A stretch of DNA of 54,313 bases, the filler included, from Sphacelaria rigidula (Eukaryota): assembly GCA_964200075.2 (NCBI GenBank). It is 4 parts of 4 records of this genome, joined end to end, with 100 filler letters (N's around TTAATTAATTAA, not from the genome) between each part and the next. Parts side by side here need not be neighbours in the genome. Positions count along the whole stretch, not along the records: positions 13,607 to 27,110 come from CAXNAA020002841.1; positions 27,211 to 40,714 come from CAXNAA020002842.1; 2 more parts are not named here. One strand, 5' to 3'. The notes under the pieces are model-generated. The model was not told the origin of the DNA and did no database searches. It saw only the letters and a list, made by a program, of their open reading frames with translations. The position numbers were made by a program, and so were the translations under genes. Numbering within the stretch: the first letter of the stretch is position 1; every line of letters begins with the position of its first letter. Positions 23,640-33,400 of this stretch are shown here, piece by piece.

Positions 23640-25761
23640 CATATGTGTATGTCGTCACCAGCAGGTATAGCGTACATAGGTGAGTTCCGCTGGACCGCAG
23701 AAGCAAGCCAGCAGGCACACACGAACGACATCGGACAGTCCAGTTACCCAGCTGTGCCCGCAGAAATAATTATAGTTATAGGCCTCACATTTGAGTTTTC
23801 CGAGGGCTGGTAGTCGATCGCGACGGCGCTGGAAGCGTCGTGGAACACCTGAACCCAACCATCCAGCGTAGACACCGTCAGCACTGATAGCATCGCCGGT
23901 CCGATGCTGTCGAAGTGCAGCCTACACGGGTGCGTTTAGAGGTACGTTGAGGGTTAGCCAGACATGCTACTCCCATATGCTGAGTTGGGAAACGCGGGTG
24001 TTCGGCGGAGAGGGAAAGAAGTCGGGCACCAGCACAGGCCTCAAAGCTTGTTATGGTATCCCCAAATGAGGTACTGGGGTTGTCCAATCAGCTAAAGAAT
24101 GGTGTTTGTTGGGAGAAATGCTTTGAAGGATCCGGTTTGACGCTTAACAAGGTGGAGCAACACCACGGAGAACTGGAATAGGATCAAGCTTTGCCATGGT
24201 CGCTGCAAGAGCATGCTTACTGTACTTAAGAACCGTTGTTGTTCAAGTCTTCACGTAAAAACGGCTTCAGATCGACAACGCGCAATCGGATGCAAATTCA
24301 TCATGCATGCTTCTTCCCCCTTCTCTCGATCGAGAACGTGCGCCCATGTGCAAGGAGAAGGAATAATGGCGGTTACTGACACAAACAAACACCATCCTTC
24401 GCTTTTCCGGATGTACTGAACATACAGAAATCGCCTACTATCGTGTCCCTTCGTGCGCTTACAGAGAGTTCTCCCAGTTGAAGTCTCGCGTCTCCTGCAG
24501 CTGTGTGTCTGGGTCCACCCAGTCTCCGCTGCATGGTGGACTCACCCACACATTAGTGAGGCTGTCGTACTCGCCTCCGCGATATGCTTTGGCCGGGAAG
24601 TGAGGGTCACTGTGAGTTGGGCGCGAGTTTTCAATATTAGAGAGTGTAATTGTGCTGAACCGTGGGAGGCAACATTGCACCACAGGGGACGTGGTGACTC
24701 GGACGCGGTCAGCGAAGTTACCAAGACACATGACATGCTAGACGGTGAGGAAGATGCCTCCTCACAATGGTTAGCGACAATACAGTAGTGGTGAAGACGG
24801 CTGCCATTGCCATTTAAATTTGTGGAGGCATCAGTGTTTAAGTGAGTATGTGCACATGTTTGGGCTAGACGCTTGAAGAGCTCACCCGGGTTTTTCCTGC
24901 TCATCATCCATTGTCCAATGCACATTTAGAATCACCACGTGAGGGTCTTCAGCTGGTAGTTCTTGGGCATACTAGTACAAGACGAGATGTTCTCTACAGC
25001 TTGGAACATCCATTTTTGCCACTGCTTAAGTTTCAGGGAATAGCAGTATTGGGAGGATAGAGCCTATCGTACTGTACTACTATGTGTGCGTCGCATTAGT
25101 AACGTAGTCACGAGCATTGCCATTATGTACCGCAAGCTGACTTCTTCGGTAGGGTAAACTCCAAGCCGAATGAAGTAGAGCTTATAATTTTTTACGCTCT
25201 CATAGTAATGGACTATGTATATGGTACGTAGTAGTGTATGCCTGAGGTGGTACAGAATGTACAAATGTCTCAACGTATTGCTAACATGTAGCAGCATAGT
25301 CTCATTGAAAGAAACAACACGCTGTCAGTGAACGTCCGACATATACGACTGTCGAAACCTTTTGGTTTCATGTCATCCTGCAATTACAAGCACGGAAGGG
25401 GTACCTTGATCCGATTCTTACAGTCAGCAAGTGCTACGACTGGAATGCAGGACCGTGGCATACAAACACCTGTGCGCCATGTTCTATCCCACTGTTGTAG
25501 CCTCGCAGCATAAGCAACGACTACAGCAGGTGCCAACCATCAATCGTGCCACGAGGCCAACGGGAAAGCGTAAAATTGCGAAGTATGCAAACAGGGCGAA
25601 GGCAATGGAGACAGTGATCCGCACCTGCACGAGTAAAACATTCCTCCAAACAGCTCTACACCGACCAGGCTGTAGCCGAACCACACGGTGGCGATGAGCA
25701 CGAGTAACGTCCCGCAGCTCCGTAGAGAGTGCAGCAAAGCAGCCGCCAACTCTTGCAGGGA
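13858..25761 (-). CDS. Four-domain voltage-gated cation channel alpha subunit (Cav-like), 3' part from IIIS5 to the C-terminal IQ motif; multi-exon, 5' end outside the contig
   Basis: Twelve GT-AG exons that join in phase: 25761-25625, 24609-24463, 23921-23789, 22723-22547, 21340-21205, 19666-19459, 18999-18792, 18450-18284, 17893-17836, 17175-17059, 16053-15943, 14052-13858. They encode the S5/P/S6 segments, IVS4 (RLVRSLRVFRIIRL), an EF-hand and an IQ motif. Confidence 0.9.
15045..15358 (+). mobile_element. tRNA-derived SINE family 1, 5'-truncated copy
   Basis: B-box GGTTCGAATC, body homologous to 33514-33883 (CATGCCCAACAGTGGAGAG...GTAGACTGGCGTCCAGAA), CA-repeat tail. Confidence 0.8.
15943..16053 (-). 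CDS. Channel exon: post-EF-hand segment
   Basis: FLEQLGKPLGAAGNHSTAGRYLAMLRSSAEFDHSFTR (L..L..PLG motif); phase 0/0. Confidence 0.8.
16741..16990 (-). mobile_element. SINE family 2 copy
   Basis: Shares CTCGGGACGAGTCCG, TTGGTCTCGC, GTGGAAATCAGATA and GCATCGGGAATCGAACCCGCATTCTCTCCAC with 22862-23179. Confidence 0.8.
17059..17175 (-). CDS. Channel exon: C-terminal EF-hand-like segment
   Basis: VLNAMERQDLEDQLPQFQDLWATFDPSGDGFIPPKYLFT, matching the Cav/Nav F..W..FDP.G.G.I pattern. Confidence 0.88.
17836..17893 (-). CDS. Channel exon: IVS6
   Basis: VSQFILTNLFIMVIVETFE; ttgcag acceptor, gtgggt donor. Confidence 0.88.
18284..18450 (-). CDS. Channel exon: domain IV pore loop
   Basis: TGTANNYQDFSSVWRGMQLLFIVSTGEAWAEYASAVAVSSDQPESLVMLFFLVFV; TGEAW matches the Cav domain IV filter motif. 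Confidence 0.92.
18792..18999 (-). CDS. Channel exon: IVS4-S5
   Basis: GDIVLLRLVRSLRVFRIIRLATYIPGFNQILAAC...AYIFANIGVALFASAEEQ; Arg at every third position; gtaag donor. Confidence 0.92.
19459..19666 (-). CDS. Channel exon: IVS2-S3
   Basis: DGANVSDSQSTVQDIFNDGFAFVFVVEASLALIGLGPSCYFSTGRQTFDFVVTVASLADVFF; C-rich tract before the acceptor, gtgag donor. Confidence 0.9.
20370..20950 (+). pseudogene. Possible highly decayed non-LTR retrotransposon RT remnant in a channel intron
   Basis: Fragments GKPLG, VLNPDK and CWQRVDD..W resemble CRE-like LINE RT segments; many stops. Confidence 0.3.
21205..21340 (-). CDS. Channel exon: IVS1
   Basis: VSPVVAPCNCDGRKWRINIQQLVLSNCFNNFIIGILVVNAVVLAV; ctcag acceptor, gtgagt donor. 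Confidence 0.9.
22547..22723 (-). CDS. Channel exon: IIIS6 and III-IV linker
   Basis: NPAFWYFFAGIIVFGFYITNLFVGVMFEAFLSYKNMDGDGKLVSQEERRWRDYEKRLCQ. Confidence 0.9.
22862..23179 (-). mobile_element. tRNA-derived SINE family 2
   Basis: Minus-strand head CCGCGCCCAGGTGGTGCAATGGTCAG...GCGGGTTCGATTCCCGATG; body shared with 16741-16990 and 37050-37380. Confidence 0.8.
23789..23921 (-). CDS. Channel exon: domain III pore loop
   Basis: LHFDSIGPAMLSVLTVSTLDGWVQVFHDASSAVAIDYQPSENSN; tgtag acceptor, gtgagg donor. Confidence 0.9.
24463..24609 (-). CDS. Channel exon: III extracellular S5-P loop
   Basis: (S)DPHFPAKAYRGGEYDSLTNVWVSPPCSGDWVDPDTQLQETRDFNWENS(L); cacag acceptor, gtaag donor; phases 2/2 match both neighbours. 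Confidence 0.75.
25625..25761 (-). CDS. Channel exon: III S4-S5 linker and S5
   Basis: SLQELAAALLHSLRSCGTLLVLIATVWFGYSLVGVELFGGMFYSC; tttgcag acceptor, gtgcgg donor. Confidence 0.85.
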
Positions 25762-26732
25762 CTGCAAAGGTCATACAACAACGAAACATGTATTTTAGGA
25801 ACTTGTGTGGCGGGTGCGTAGAACATTCCAAACATTTCAAATGGGCACAGCGCATATCTCGGCAGATGTACGTTCGTCTCACAGCCATGACTCTTGTGTG
25901 ATATGGTTGCATTGGATACGACTCAGTTGACATATGGTGAGATGTGGCTCTCAAGCACTCTTCGTACGTTCACTTTGGCGACTTCCTGACGCGTGACACT
26001 GGAGGGTTAGACGGCGTTGGTGTTGGTTATGACGATAGCTGCTGGCGGGCGTCCTCGTTTCCCGCCTGTTGACCTTCCTCCGTGGAGAGAATACTACTCG
26101 GCGAAAATGGGCGGAGCCGGAAATGGTTTACACGTGTTTCAGTCTGTGTACCTTGGCGGCTATACCATCGTTGGTCAGTCTGCGTACGCACTCTACGGTT
26201 CCGACCGCCGAGCAACGTCGGTGAGTACAACAAAGCAGCTCGAACATTGATAGACAATATAAAACTATTTTTGTTGAATCGGGTACGGCGATGGATGGCC
26301 ATACGTGACGCCGTGGAAACAACACCCTGCGAAAATTGACTTGGGAGGCGAGGTGGATGTACGTAGCACACACGATGTAAGCCTCGATCCCTTCACAATT
26401 GGGCTATTCTTTACTCGGCACTAAGCGATACATTCAGTATATGTAGTACAGAGGTAGCTCGCCAAGACATACAGTACGATTCAAAAAATAAGACGTTGGA
26501 CCTAGGAAAAATGTTCAAGTCAACCGCACACTAAGCTCCGCCCACGTACCGTACTAAGAGAGAAAGTTCAGTGTCTCTGCAAGTCGAGACACAACGCCAC
26601 AGCCCATCTTCGCCTATCTAGATACCGGATGTCTTTTCTGTCTCTATCATGACAGGGCCGAACATCTAACCATGGGTGTACCGCACAACATAACACAACA
26701 CAGCATCAATCTCGAAAACAAATCCCACGAAC

Positions 26733-26761
26733 ACGATTCAGGTACGAGTGGAAGATTGGTC
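26733..26761 (-). CDS. Candidate 29-bp channel micro-exon (end of IIIS4)
   Basis: Long C/T tract and ttagtag acceptor, reading xPIFHSYLNR, with a gttcgt donor at phase 0 that joins SLQEL. Spacing equals that of Cav RPLRAINRAKGL. Confidence 0.4.
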
Positions 26762-27005
26762 CTACTAAAAGGGCCGGGGAGGAGGGGTGCGGGAGAGGGG
26801 GTAGGGGAGGGAGCGGGGGGCGATTGTTCGGGAAACAGGAGATCATGGATGTGTCACACAGCCCCGTACAACAATTATGGGCTTGTATGTGGATGGAAAA
26901 GGTGCCAAGTAGTGTGAGTGAATGTATGATGCTCATGCTAAAAGCATGCAAGTGAAAATTACTGCCTGCCTCGACGAGTCAAAGTGGCACGCGAAGAGTG
27001 GCTCG

Positions 27006-27036
<31 letters not shown>

Positions 27037-27110
27037 ACGCGCGCCGCGCCCCCCCCCATCCACCCTCCCCACCCCCCTCCCCCCCCTCCCCCCCCCGCCC
27101 CCACGTCTAC

Positions 27111-27210
27111 NNNNNNNNNNNNNNNNNNNNNNNNNNNNNNNNNNNNNNNNNNNNTTAATTAATTAANNNNNNNNNNNNNNNNNNNNNNNNNNNNNNNNNN
27201 NNNNNNNNNN
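27111..27210. other. Artificial contig-joining linker
   Basis: Same N44-TTAATTAATTAA-N44 structure. Confidence 0.97.
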
Positions 27211-27229
27211 ATTCGTCACGAGTCGACTC

Positions 27230-27560
27230 ATGATACTAAAATCAAGTAATTTCCAGACGAATCATTATTTGTCCGACCCTCGCAACCTTTGCGGGCAGTC
27301 GGTGAGGCTATTGCGCTTTTTTTTATTCTCCACATTTCTCTTGCGTGCGTTGATCGTGGGGCCTACAATCTCGGGCGACGACATGTCCGCGAGTTCGTCA
27401 TCTGTTCTTGCTGGCAACCCAGCAGCTTCCTGGTCACCCATCAATTTCTCGACTTTTTTCTCGCTCACTCGCCTCTGGTGGATTTCTCACATACGGCGTT
27501 GATCGGGGGTGATTCGAACCTGGGACCTCCTCTTCACGAGGGATACAGAGTCACCTCATG
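27230..27560 (-). mobile_element. Possible third SINE-like element
   Basis: Minus-strand tRNA-like T-arm GGTCCCAGGTTCGAATCAC near 27508-27526; only one copy in the window. Confidence 0.3.
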
Positions 27561-27999
27561 ATGTCGACAACGTTAAAAGGTGATCGAGCCTCGACATACA
27601 CCTTACTCAGGCGCAAAGACAATTGCTCACTTCCACGTGGTTGTGTAACGGGGAAAATATGGGTTCTTCCCTCGAGACTATGAAGTCGTCCCGAGAAAGG
27701 GGAGTGGTAAAAAGTGCGCATAAGCGACAAAAAAGACGACGGGATCCCTGTATTGGCGTCCCCTCGTCCTGAATAAGCTGTTTTTGAGATTAATTGCTGT
27801 ACCCAAAAATCCTACGGGCGGTTTCTCAGACGTACGCCAAAACCTTGCCCACTGTCACCGACGTCATACCTCATACCATACACCTTCAGAAAACTCGCCT
27901 GCGGGGTAAGTGTTGGGTTGGGTTTCCTCCTTCTGTCGAGGAAACCAAAATGCACCTTCAGAGGTAATGGATCTCATGCGCACTGCTTTTTCCACACGT

Positions 28000-28311
28000 A
28001 GGACAGCTCATGAGCTAGCTCATCTGGGGGCGGTAGCTCATTTGTAGTCAAACATGTACATGTGAGCTACGTCCGATAGCTCAACACAAGGTCAACGTGC
28101 GCTGATGAGCTACGAGTTGGTAGCTCACCCAGGGCGAATATGAGCTGATGAGCTACGGGTTTGTAGCTCACCTATCGCAAACGTGCGTAGCTCATACAGC
28201 TCTCATAGCTCACCCCAGGAAAAACATGCGTAGCGCATGTAGCTCTCATAGCTCACTAGGGAGCTACGCTACAGAAGAGCTAGCTCGAGCTATAGGGAGC
28301 TGATCTGTCCT
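28000..28311. repeat. AGCT-motif array element with short TIR (MITE-like)
   Basis: Roughly 20 AGCT cores (GAGCTA/TAGCTC) in both orientations, bounded by AGGACAG...CTGTCCT. Confidence 0.7.
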
Positions 28312-28997
28312 CCGAGCTTCTCGCTTGCTCTTTCCTACGGCAATCTCTCGTCGCCAACGCTAATTTATCCTCGCGTGATGCGCGTTACACTGCTACGCCG
28401 TCCTCCCGACGCCTGCTCGCAATGACTTATGGGATAGCAAATATATTTCAATCACCGATCAAAGTAACATAGGTGAACTGTTTCATCCTGGGGGGAAATC
28501 AGATTGTTTGGTTCGTGCGCCTTTTCTCTGGTGCTTGGTTCAATGTCTTGAGAGTTGGTGATGAGATTTGTTGTTTGAATCTTTGGGAAACTGGGAGACA
28601 ACGTGATCAATACACGCACAGCTGTTGCTGAACAGCTGAACGGCGTTCCGCATTTGGCGGTGCGTGGGCGGATGTTTTGAACTTGCGCCTGAGAATTGCG
28701 GAATCCAGCCTCCCCCACGGCCAACCCCCGTCAAAGCAAGAGCATAAGTTGGCATACACAAGCAACGCACACCGAGCCGCAACGTTGAGTATTTCCTCTC
28801 AACAAAATCCTACGGCACAAGCGGAAGCTCGTGGTGTTGAGAGTTGGGAGAGGGAGAGCGACGTCGGCTGGCTTTCGAGTTTGGACACGTGGACGAGAAA
28901 ATGACTGACAGTCCCGTCTGCTCGATCATGTTTGTCACGTAGGGTGCGGCATTTCCATTGGTCCATACTCAAAACTCGAAACCGTTTTAGCGCCTTC

Positions 28998-29081
28998 AAC
29001 CGGGGGAGAGATTCGGTGATCCCTTGAGACCGCGGACTTGTCCCGAGGAAGGGATGGAAATAGAAATGAGGGGGGGGGGGG
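28998..29081 (+). mobile_element. SINE family 2 3' fragment
   Basis: TTGAGACCGCGGACTTGTCCCGAGG matches the reverse complement of the family block CCTCGGGACGAGTCCG...GTCTCAA. Confidence 0.55.
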
Positions 29082-29109
29082 GACTGTGGGGCTCATCTCC
29101 TCCACCAAG

Positions 29110-29720
29110 TATGATCATGCTCCAAAACCTGGCGGGACTGGGAAGGTTCGGATTTCGAAGCAGTCGACCGTGAGTCCCAAAAAAACTGGCATGTGCTAGG
29201 AGCAGACTATTCCAGAGATGGTAGCCTTGGGCAAAGGCTGTTCATAGTTGGGTGGCTATCGAGGTTTTAAACGCCATGACATACGTCTGTCGAGTGGTAC
29301 TAATTACTTCCAGGATGGGAGGTGTCTGCACAAGTGCGGCTGTGAAGGATAACAACATGCGCAACTAAAAAATGCTTCGCGTTTCTCCACGGGGGGAGAA
29401 TGGACTGAAGAGCCCACGAATGTGCGAACAACTCCCAGCAGTCTGGTATAGGCTAAAATGCAGGCCGGGGGTTACCCGTGAACAGTGGAGTAGAGTCTAC
29501 AAAACTCCGACTGTGACGGTGTGCGGGGTAGGTTTCGCTTGGAACATCGTTTGGGACCGTCCGATATTTGGAATTTGGAACATCCGCAAGTTGAAAGTTG
29601 ACGAGTCACGCCGCACGAAATACAGCTGGAAGCAGCGAAAAGGTGAATCAAGAATCTCCTCTCTGCATACTTCCTTTTCGGACTCGTGGCTTCGAGCGAA
29701 TGCTGCATTAATTACCTAGG
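29110..29720 (+). pseudogene. Possible decayed non-LTR retrotransposon C-terminal remnant
   Basis: GLGRFGF and SRISSLHTSFSDSWLRA resemble the GGLG and ARL.S.....AWL.A motifs of CRE-like LINE ORFs; broken by stops. Confidence 0.3.
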
Positions 29721-30427
29721 CCAAGCACACAAGATTCTTTCGGGCGCGTTCATGTTCGCTGGCAGGGGTACCTGCCAGCGAGCCTCCTCGCCACTGAAGG
29801 CGGAGTACTGTATGTGACTACGAGTACTGCACTGTTTTCCGATGCTCAGTCCTGTGTGCACACTGCTGCAGTACTTGCTGACCATACTTTTTATTCTCGG
29901 GCATTTAAAAAACGGACCGCTCACCCTGTCGAGGAGGACGTGTCGAGCGACCGTAAGCGTAGGCATGCACGCCACCAAAAGTAGAGCCCCCATAGCCGTT
30001 ACAGAAGCCAAAATTCGAGTCATCTTACTGATGAGACAGGATGTTCTGCTAGCAGCACCAGGCACTCCCACAAGCGGACGGCCAAATAAATGATCTGAGA
30101 CAGAACAAACTGTTCCAAAAATCAACATTCGCCCACATTCAGACCCGTAGTCAGAACCCTCTGGTCTGCGTACCACGAAATGTAACCTCACGCATACTCT
30201 CGTGCTCGGCGTTTCGCATCACCGTTTACAGGGGAAAGGCACGCGCGAATGCAAGCTTAGCAACGTCTCCTGCTTGATGCTAGCAGTAACCGCTTGACCA
30301 GGCGCGATTGACGTTTCAATAACGGCACACCGTCAAGTGTCACAAGTTTATACCCCAGGCGAAAGACACCAACAGCAGGGGGAGCCCGAGCCAAACTTGA
30401 ACGCAACGGAGATATCGTATAGTCAAC

Positions 30428-33400
30428 ATGTCGAGTACCGATGCAGTAGGCGGCAGCGGCAGCGGCAGCGGCGGCAGCGGCAGAAGTACCGGTGTCGGCG
30501 GTGGAACGAAAGACGGTACCCATATCTTTGAAGAGGGCAGCATAGTCTGGTCGCGCAGCGAGGTCAAGCCCGGAAAATTCAGCAAGGAATGGTGGCCCAG
30601 TGTGGTGTTCACGAGCTGGGAGGCTGCCAAAGCGCACGGCTTCGTCCCGGATGGCATAGCCTACCTGATAGAGGTCGGACGCAAAATTGACATCACGGAT
30701 GAGCAAGCAGCGCCACGGGAGGGTGAATACTTGAATCTGTGAGTGGTTTGTCACGACTTTGGCGATTATTTGCCCGGGGGAGAGGGGGTGAAGGGGGTGG
30801 AAGCAACACGGTCGTTGCTGGTGTTGGTCTACAAAACATGTCACCAAAACATGTCTAGTATGCCTCGTTCAAAAAGCCAGACAGAGGCTTCGATATGAAT
30901 TTTGAAATGCTCTCTGCGACTACTACTGTACAAGTACGAATAATTTTTTGATTTTTACCGCCAGTACCAGTCGTATGTGTTTGCCGGAGCGCCAGTCGAT
31001 ATTCCCTGCTCGTACATGGTGGGTGCAGAAGCTTTCGTGTGAGGAGCGCATGCTTGCATTTTTTCCTCCTGTAGCCGTGTGGATTGACACTCTGTGACTT
31101 TTATAATCCAGAAGCAGGAAGTTTTGGATTCGTCGGCGCAAATGCAAGGGACGCATGCTATGTTGTGTTCGAGTCTTCCTCGATCCGGCTGGGGGGATCA
31201 AACGATTTAACGATTTAACACCCACGGTGCTCGTTTGTCTTCGCGTCTTGTTATTTGTTTTTTCTTCACGCCCCCCCCCCCCCCCCCCCCTCCGTTCGCT
31301 TTTTTTGATACAATTGCAATCGCCATGTTTTTTAAGGTGCTTTTGTTGTGTTCTCTCTACCCGTTGGCGNNNNNNNNNNCCGGGTGGGGGGTTCAACCAA
31401 TTTAACATTTTAACCCCCCCGGTCCTCGTTTTTTTTCCCTTTTTTTTTTTTTTTTTTTTTTCCCGCCCCCCCCCCCCCCCGTCTTTTGGCAAGCTTTTTG
31501 TACAAGAATTGCAGGCAATGTTGTTCAAGGAGTTCTTTGTTGCCAAACTGCAGCAGCAGGAGCGGCAGGATTTGAGTCGAAGTCTCGCATACAACAATCT
31601 GCGTGAAATCAGAACGTGCCGCGCAGCACAACATGGTCATAATGCACCTACCTGACCAGTAATACCCGCTACCGTCTGTTCGCGCCATGGCAGATCATCA
31701 GTTACATCGTGGCCATTGCATCATTCCACCCGAATAACAACAAAGACCCGGACAACCAAACCTGGCGGTCAAGTGGCCAAGGCTCGTTCTACTGTACACA
31801 GTGGGGTTGTTACTGGTAACTTTCGTTGGCTTCCTATTTTCACCGATTTTGAAGATGAAAATGACCAAGGCTATACACGTTACACGTTACACGTTCACGT
31901 TACGTTCATCACGTTTTTTTTCAACGTTCACCTTGCGTGACATGTGTCGCGTCAAAAAAAATCAACGTTACGTTAACGTTACGTTAACGTTACATTCGAA
32001 AATGTAACGTTACGTCCACGTTACGTTCATCACGTGAAAAAAAATTAACGTTCACGTTTCGGCCAAAACGTGAAGTGAACGTAACGTGTAACGCTATGGC
32101 ACGTGTAACGTGTATAGCCCTGAAAATGGCAGCTTCGGGTTTGAACGACTTCGACCGACGTCGCCTGCTGCGTTTTCTTCTCAAACGCAAGCGCCCAGTA
32201 TCATCACGGTTTTCCCCAAGAACAGCAAAATCATGATATCATGCCTACTGCACATTTGAGTCGCGGTGTGTGCAGTATCGGGGCTTGGTTGTCTGCGCCG
32301 AACTGCATGATAACAAGTAGCAGTGCCGATATTTAGGGATATTGTACTCGTATCCACTTTCCAATTTGAAAGTGTAAGCTTGGACTGCGATCGGAATCAA
32401 GTTGTGCAACTTTCAACAACTAAAACCCCGCGGGGAAAGTGCATGGAGAACGTACAGAAACCGGTGAAAATGGCCCCGTTTCTAGGCATTTACTTTTTAT
32501 GCTAGCATAATTTTTGGCATAGTTTCTCATTTTTTACTTTTACGCTATATTGAGATCGTTAGCCTGTGACCACGAAAGGCGTCCGCATCAGATGCCCACT
32601 ACAGAGTACTGCGCAGATATCGGAACGACAATGACACACAATTCCACCTTGGTAGCATATATAGCATACTTTCCACATTAGGAGCATAATAGGGCGTAAT
32701 TTTCTACCTGAGGGATTGGCACACTAGTCCAAATGCTGGCCTGCTGCGATATTTTGGGTGAAAACTCTGCTGTCATCGACCGCGGGTCCGAAATACGTGT
32801 ATGTTCTGGAACTAGTGCTTCACTGACACAGAGAGTGTCTTTTTTGGCAATCACTCTCTATTTGTACAAATATGAGGATTTCAGCCCGTCTACAGGCGAT
32901 TTTCTCCAGTGGATTGATTTTTCGGACCCCAGTCCGTTGGGCAGTGTTTTTCGGGTAGCTGTGAGCAAACCAGATCAATTCACCGATTCTCCGGACTTTG
33001 AGTTTGGGTACATCACCATTCTACTCAAATCAGGACACTCCTGCATCTCACCCGATCAGGACACTCCCGCATCTCCCCCGATAATTTATCAGAGGAGATG
33101 CGGGGGAGATGCGGAGTGTCCTGATTTGAGTAGAATGGTGATATACCCAAAGTCAACGCGTCCGGAGAGTCGAAGAATTGATCTGGTTCACTCACGGCTA
33201 CCCGAAAATCATTGCCCAACGGACTGGGGTCCTAACAATCAAATGCACGGGAGAAAATCGCCTGTAGACGGGTTGAAATCCTCAAATTTGTACAAATCGA
33301 GATTGGTTGATCAATCGCGGGTCTGGATATAGGTTCAATCAAAACACAACCTCGTGACCTAAAGATGTACCTCCCATCAAACAAGCCACCCTACTTGTTC

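Noticed and set aside
24030..24090. DNPSTSFGDTITSFEACAG, resembling a channel extracellular loop
   Set aside because: It is preceded by an in-frame TGA, and the flanking exons already join in phase without it.
28000..28311. CRISPR-like repeat array (also 31866-32122)
   Set aside because: The motifs are 4-7 bp, irregularly spaced and in both orientations, with no constant repeat-spacer period and no cas genes.
31185..31480. Apparent tandem duplication around a 10-N gap
   Set aside because: The second copy is a homopolymer-smeared version of the first next to a poly-C tract, typical of low-quality reads. The ORFs 30923-31597 and 31155-31655 are therefore unreliable.
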